From assembly GCA_034722055.1 (NCBI GenBank), contig JAYENL010000010.1, forward strand, positions 1-50,334: a stretch of 50,334 nucleotides of DNA, in the 5' to 3' direction. Made by a program: the position numbers and the translations under genes. This stretch comes from Armatimonadota bacterium (lineage in GTDB: Bacteria > Armatimonadota > Zipacnadia > Zipacnadales > UBA5352). Below, piece by piece: positions 45,597 through 50,334 of the stretch; position 1 is the stretch's first letter, and every line of letters starts with the position of its first letter. A model generated the notes under the pieces. It did not search any database. It was not told the origin of the DNA and was given only the letters and a program-made list of their open reading frames with translations.

Positions 45597-46539
45597 GAGA
45601 AACGGTCCGGCCATCGTGGTGGAGGATCTGACGAAGCGCTTCGGGGACTTCGTGGCGGTGGATCACATCAGCTTCAGCATCGACCGCGGTGAGGTCTTCG
45701 GCTTCCTGGGACCCAACGGGGCCGGCAAGTCCACCACCATCCGCATGCTCAACGGCCTGCTCCTGCCCAGTGAGGGTCACGCGCGCGTCGCCGGCCTGGA
45801 CGCCGCCACCGAGACTGAGCGGCTGCGCACCCGCATCGGCTACATGCCCCAGCTCTTCTCCCTCTATCCTGACATGACCACCCGGGAGAACCTGGAGTTC
45901 TATGCCGGCCTCTACGGCATCGAGGCCGAGGACGTCCGCCCGCGGATCGAGCAGCTCATCGAGATCGTCGGACTGCAGGACGTCATCGACCAGCTCACCG
46001 GGACGCTGGCCACCGGCTGGCGGCAGCGCGCGGCCCTGGCCTGCGCCATCGTGCACTCGCCGCCCATCGTCTTCCTCGACGAGCCCACCTCCGGCGTCGA
46101 TCAGCAGACTCGCCAGCAGTTCTGGGACCTCATCGCCGACCTCGCCGCCGAGGGCACCACGGTGCTGGTCACCACCCACCTGATGGAGGAGGCGGAGCGC
46201 TGCACGCGTCTTGGTATGATCAGCCGTGGGCGGCTGATCGCGCTGGACACCCCGCAGGCGCTCCTCCGGACGCTGGAGGACCTGGTCTTCGTGGCTGACG
46301 TTGCGGCGCCCCTGCGGGCGGTGGAGACCCTGTCTGGGCTGGACTTCGTGATGGACGCCGCACTCTCGGGCTCCCGAGTGCGCGTCCGGGTGGCTGAGGA
46401 GGCGGACGACCCCTGCGCCCGGATGACCGAGGCACTGGAGCAGGCGGGCCTCGGGGTCCGGGACGTCCGGCCCACGCGACCGTCGCTGGAGGACGTCTTC
46501 GTGGCGCTGGTCGGAGACGCGAGGGGCGACGAGCAATGA
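45589..46539 (+). CDS. ABC-2 transporter ATP-binding protein (YbhF C-terminal NBD-like)
   Basis: GPNGAGKST, degenerate signature LATGWRQR, FLDEPTSG and TTHLMEEAE; GTG start overlaps the upstream gene. Confidence 0.92.
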   Translation: MAERNGPAIVVEDLTKRFGDFVAVDHISFSIDRGEVFGFLGPNGAGKSTTIRMLNGLLLPSEGHARVAGLDAATETERLRTRIGYMPQLFSLYPDMTTRENLEFYAGLYGIEAEDVRPRIEQLIEIVGLQDVIDQLTGTLATGWRQRAALACAIVHSPPIVFLDEPTSGVDQQTRQQFWDLIADLAAEGTTVLVTTHLMEEAERCTRLGMISRGRLIALDTPQALLRTLEDLVFVADVAAPLRAVETLSGLDFVMDAALSGSRVRVRVAEEADDPCARMTEALEQAGLGVRDVRPTRPSLEDVFVALVGDARGDEQ

Positions 46540-47687
46540 GGTGCCCCGATGCACTGCGGCGGACCATGGCGGTGGCCCGCGCCGAGTGGCTTCACAACTG
46601 GCGGGACCCGCGCAGTCTCGGCATCATCGTGCTGCTGCCGATCATGTTGCTGCTTCTGTATGCCTACGCCATCAACTTCGACCTGCGGGAGCTGCGCTTC
46701 GCCGTGCAGGACTGGGACCGCTCGGAGGCCAGTGCCGAGCTCGTGGACTCCATGGTGCGCAGCGACTACTTCACGCTGCACGGGCTCATTGACGACACGA
46801 GCGAGATGCAGCGCCTGGTGGAGCACGGCCGGGTCCGCTTCGCGCTGGTGATCCCTTCGGGCTTCGCCGCCGAGATCGCGTCGGGACGCACGGGGCGAGT
46901 GCAGGTGCTGCTGGATGGCGCGGACTCGCAGACTGCGGGGGTGGCGCTGGGCTACATGGAGGCGGTCATGCGCCGGCACTCGGTGGAGCTGGTGCGGCGC
47001 TGGGTGAGGCGCGCGGGCATTCCGGCCTCCACCGCCGCGCCACCGCTGGGCGTTGAGCCGCGGGTGCTGTACAACCCCGAGGTGAAGAGCATCAACTTCG
47101 TGGTCCCGGGCCTGATCGCGGTGCTGATGATGATGCTGGCGGCGCTGCTGACCTCCGGCTGCATCGTGCGCGAGCGGGAGTCGGGCAGCTTCGAGGGGCT
47201 GGCCGCCTCGCCCATCGCGCCGATGGAGATCGTGCTCGGGAAGCTCACCCCCTACGCCTTCATCGGCATCTTCGACGTGGTGCTGTGCATCGTGGTGGGC
47301 TGGCTGATCTTCGGCGTGGCGCCGGAGGGCGATCTGCGGGCGCTGCTGGGCGTCACGGCCGTCTATCTGGTGGCCTCACTGGCCATCGGCCTGCTGGTGT
47401 CGAGCCTCACGCGCACACACCAGCTCGCCACGCTGCTGGCGTTCCTGACCACCATGCTGCCCACCATGCTGCTGACGGGCTTCGTCTTCCCGCTGCGGTC
47501 GATGCCCCGAGTGCTGCAGTACATCGCGCAGATCTTCCCGGCCACGCACTTTCTGGTCATCATCCGCGCCATCTACCTGAAGGGCACCGGGATCGGCCTG
47601 TTCGTGCGGGAGACTGTGGCCCTGGTGGTCATCGCGCTGCTGCTCGTGGTCCTGGCCGCGAAGGCCTTCCGGAAGTCGCTTGAGTGA
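46536..47687 (+). CDS. ABC-2 transporter permease (YbhS-like)
   Basis: RDPR, LLDGADS, YNP, VPGL, IVRERE.GS.E and LTGFVFP motifs. Confidence 0.93.
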   Translation: MRCPDALRRTMAVARAEWLHNWRDPRSLGIIVLLPIMLLLLYAYAINFDLRELRFAVQDWDRSEASAELVDSMVRSDYFTLHGLIDDTSEMQRLVEHGRVRFALVIPSGFAAEIASGRTGRVQVLLDGADSQTAGVALGYMEAVMRRHSVELVRRWVRRAGIPASTAAPPLGVEPRVLYNPEVKSINFVVPGLIAVLMMMLAALLTSGCIVRERESGSFEGLAASPIAPMEIVLGKLTPYAFIGIFDVVLCIVVGWLIFGVAPEGDLRALLGVTAVYLVASLAIGLLVSSLTRTHQLATLLAFLTTMLPTMLLTGFVFPLRSMPRVLQYIAQIFPATHFLVIIRAIYLKGTGIGLFVRETVALVVIALLLVVLAAKAFRKSLE

Positions 47688-47790
47688 GGATGGCGGACCA
47701 TGGGTGATCGCGCATGACAGCGCAGCGGCGAACGGGGTCCCTGCTCTCTGCGAATGGCGATGGACACGGAGCGCGGCTGCATGCCCGGCC

Positions 47791-47826
47791 GTTGAGTGCT
47801 GATAGCTGGAAGCTGGTAGCTGGCTG
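47791..47826 (-). repeat. short heptamer run of the CAGCTAT family
   Basis: Reverse strand reads CAGCTAC CAGCTTC CAGCTAT CAGCACT, immediately before the 47827 ATG. Confidence 0.55.
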
Positions 47827-48960
47827 ATGCACGATCGAATGAGGCGCCTGAGGTCGGTGATCCGCAAGGAGCTGCGCCAGATGCGGCGCAACCCCGTCCT
47901 CGTGCGTCTGTTGATCGTCGCCCCGATCCTGCAAGTGATGATCTTCGGCTACGCCGCCACCACTGACGTCAGGCATGTGCCTGTGGTCATCTGTGACCAG
48001 AGCACGAGCCGGGAGAGCCGGGCGATTGCAGCCAGCATCCGCGCCAGCTTCTACCTTGACCTGGTGGGCCACGTGCAGGACTTCCGCGACCTCAAGACCG
48101 AGCTTGATGCCGGCCACGCCCAGGTGGCGCTGCACATCCCGATGGACTTCGCCCGGGACCTGCGGCGGGGCGAGGGCGCCTCAGTCGCGCTGTACCTGGA
48201 CGGCACCGACCCCGTGACCGCGAACACTGCCGCCTCCTACGTCACGGCGCTGCTGCAGAGCCACGGTCGGCGCATCACACTCGCGCGCCTCAGCAGCGCG
48301 GGCCTGCAGAGCGATGTGCCCAGTGTCGAGATGGTTCCGCGCGTGTGGTACAACCCCGACCTGCGCAGTGCCAATTACATGGTGCCCGGCGTCTTCGGGC
48401 TGATCATCATGGTCCTCACAACGGTGTGGACGAGCCAGTCAATCGTCCGGGAGCGCGAAGTGGGCACGCTGGAGCAGCTCCTCGTCACGCCCGTCCGCCC
48501 TATCGAGCTGCTTGTCGGCAAGAGCCTGCCCTACGCCGCGATGGCGCTGGTCGGCGCCACGGAGATCATCCTCCTGGCTCGCTTCTGGTTCGGCATCCCG
48601 ATCCAGGGCAGCGTCCTGCTCTTGTTCGGCGTGGCGCTGGTCTTCATCCTCACCTCCCTGGGCATGGGCCTGCTCATCTCCACCGTCTCCTACACCCAGC
48701 AGCAGGCGCTGCTGGCCGCGTTCTTCATCATCATCCCCGCGGTGCTGCTATCAGGGTTCATGTTCCCCATTGCGAACATGCCCTGGATCATCCAGCAGGT
48801 GAGCTACCTGATCCCCTACCGCTACTTCCTGGAGATCTGCCGGGGGGTGTTCCTGCGCGGCGTCGGGCTGGGCGTGCTCTGGCCGCAGGCGGTGCTGCTG
48901 ACCCTCTTCGGCGTGGTGCTCTTCACGGCAGGAGCCCTCTCCTTCCGCAAGCGGCTGTGA
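47827..48960 (+). CDS. ABC-2 transporter permease (YbhR-like)
   Basis: KELRQ, IFGYAA, WYNP.L, VRERE.GTLEQLLVTP and LSGFMFPI.NMP motifs. Confidence 0.93.
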   Translation: MHDRMRRLRSVIRKELRQMRRNPVLVRLLIVAPILQVMIFGYAATTDVRHVPVVICDQSTSRESRAIAASIRASFYLDLVGHVQDFRDLKTELDAGHAQVALHIPMDFARDLRRGEGASVALYLDGTDPVTANTAASYVTALLQSHGRRITLARLSSAGLQSDVPSVEMVPRVWYNPDLRSANYMVPGVFGLIIMVLTTVWTSQSIVREREVGTLEQLLVTPVRPIELLVGKSLPYAAMALVGATEIILLARFWFGIPIQGSVLLLFGVALVFILTSLGMGLLISTVSYTQQQALLAAFFIIIPAVLLSGFMFPIANMPWIIQQVSYLIPYRYFLEICRGVFLRGVGLGVLWPQAVLLTLFGVVLFTAGALSFRKRL

Positions 48961-48997
48961 GCAGAAGGGCGACGACCAGCGCGTGAGTGGTCGCGTC

Positions 48998-49166
48998 CGG
49001 GCCGAAGGCCCGCTCAGCACGGAATGAAGCACTGAGATGGGCGGGCGAGGGCGCCCGCCGCCCCAACAAGGTGGGATGGCCGGTGCTGTGTCGTTCCGCC
49101 GCGAGCAAGGAGAAACGTGGCGGGCTGACCTTCATGTTGGATTGGGACCCGGGCGCCCTCGGCCGC
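48998..49166. repeat. cluster of REP-like hairpins
   Basis: CGGGCCGAAGGCCCG (48998-49012; reverse complement of 130-144), GCGGGCGAGGGCGCCCGC (49041-49058) and a degenerate inverted copy at 49143-49166. Confidence 0.6.
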
Positions 49167-49270
49167 GCACCGCCTGATGCGACGGCCCGCCGCCGCGAGG
49201 GCGACGGACCGGATCGGAATGGAGAAGCGTTAAGTGACACTGACGGTCGCACCTATCAGCTACAATGGGG

Positions 49271-50334
49271 ATGTCTGGAATGCGGAGATGGAGCGTACTT
49301 CTCGCACTGACGGCCGCAACGATGTGCCTGCAGTCCGTGGCAGCCGAGCCGGTGAAGGTCTGGGACGTGCCGGACGTGGGCTGGTCGAGGGGCAAGGACT
49401 ACTACCCGATCGCCTGCCTTGAGGCAGCGCTGATCGGCATGGAGAAGGACGTCTCGTACCACGAGCTGATGGTCGCTTCAGGGGCGGCGTTCCGTATCGC
49501 CTGGCGGCCGGGCGCCTATGACGCCGGCGCCAAGATCCTCTACGGCTACGACCCCATCGTCGAGGCGGCACCGGCGGCTGGCGTTCGCGCGGAGGTGGTG
49601 ACCGCTCCGGATGCGGAGGCCGCGTGGGACATCATCACCGAGAGCATCGACCGCGGCGCGCCTGTGATATCCTGGGCCGAAGACGGCCTCCAGGTCATCT
49701 GCGGCTACGACGCGGATACCCGCAACATCCTCTGCCGCACCTGGGACGTGGACGCGGAGGAGTACGTCCAGCGCCCGGTCTCGTCCGCCAGGGTCGCGGG
49801 GTATGGAGCGTTTCCCGGAAGGCGCGCGGAGGCGGCTCCGGCGTATGAGCTGTGGGTGCTGCATGAGGAGGGCGAACCGCCTCAGGAGCTCGACTGGCCC
49901 GCGGTGCTCAGGCGCGCTCTGCAGATGTCTCGACGGCCCGCCTACGATCGTCTTCACGGCCGCTACGTCTGCGGGCTCGCCGCCTACCAGGCATGGGCCG
50001 AGACGCTCCGCAACCCGGAGGCCCATAACGGCTTCCCAAGCGCGGGCCTCCAGACGGTGAGCACGGCGCTGAACTTCGCTGAGGGCCGCGAGGCTGCCGC
50101 AGAGGTGCTCCAGCAGCGCACCTATGTCCACGATGCCTTCGCGCGGGCGGCGCAGGCCTATCGGAGCGAGGCCGCTGAGTTCCGCGGCACGCAGTGGGTG
50201 CTGTGCCGCAATCGGCAGGCCCCCTGGGCGGAGCGTATGGAGATGTTCAACGAGAACATCAAGGATGAGGCGATCCGCGAGGAGGCTGCGCGGCTGATTG
50301 AGCGCGCGCTGGCCTACGAGCGCGCGGCTCTGGC
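49271..50334 (+). CDS. secreted BtrH-N / peptidase C39-like fold protein, truncated by the window end
   Basis: Not in the ORF track because it has no stop in the window. Manual translation: MSGMRRWSVLLALTAATMCLQSVAAEPVKVWDVPDVGW...ACLEAAL...VSYHELMVASGAAFR...IITESIDRGAPVI...VICGYD. Alternative in-frame ATGs at 49265 and 49280. Confidence 0.75.
   Translation, partial: MSGMRRWSVLLALTAATMCLQSVAAEPVKVWDVPDVGWSRGKDYYPIACLEAALIGMEKDVSYHELMVASGAAFRIAWRPGAYDAGAKILYGYDPIVEAAPAAGVRAEVVTAPDAEAAWDIITESIDRGAPVISWAEDGLQVICGYDADTRNILCRTWDVDAEEYVQRPVSSARVAGYGAFPGRRAEAAPAYELWVLHEEGEPPQELDWPAVLRRALQMSRRPAYDRLHGRYVCGLAAYQAWAETLRNPEAHNGFPSAGLQTVSTALNFAEGREAAAEVLQQRTYVHDAFARAAQAYRSEAAEFRGTQWVLCRNRQAPWAERMEMFNENIKDEAIREEAARLIERALAYERAAL

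Noticed and set aside
44667..46539. Degenerate ABC motifs (VATPD in place of the H-loop; LATGW signature) as signs of pseudogenes
   Set aside because: Such asymmetry is usual for the two NBDs of YbhF-type transporters, and both frames are intact and coupled.

Overview
A high-GC bacterial chromosomal segment, probably Armatimonadota-like (inferred from a prepilin/DUF1559 H-X9-DG protein and large secreted heparinase II/III-family proteins). I support about 33 CDSs: DUF4127, ApgM-type phosphoglycerate mutase, an OmpR-type regulator with a degenerate receiver, an Ord/DapB-like dehydrogenase, a lipoate ligase plus GcvH, a DUF151 - UPF0182 - PHP/DUF3604 - HAD - AIR-synthase-like run, a metallophosphoesterase, a Gfo/Idh/MocA oxidoreductase, a divergent Zn-ribbon-TPR / pseudokinase-TPR pair, an ABC exporter, DUF4175 plus a large TPR protein, EamA, a four-gene polysaccharide-lyase-like cluster, a YbhGFSR-like ABC-2 system and a truncated BtrH/C39-like gene. 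I saw no rRNA, tRNA, CRISPR array or transposase. The intergenic DNA carries the strongest signals. (1) Two copies of a ~270-bp non-autonomous element with terminal inverted repeats and target duplications each end 16-17 nt upstream of a sigma70 -35 box, as described for promoter-targeting Mutator-like (ISLre2/TnGBS) transposases. (2) A REP-like GGAGGGGCCGC hairpin family, also carried inside that element. (3) 7-bp and 10-bp tandem arrays. (4) Recurrent sigmaH-like, sigma28-like and SigW-like promoter motifs. All functional calls come from motif recognition by eye; no searches were run.
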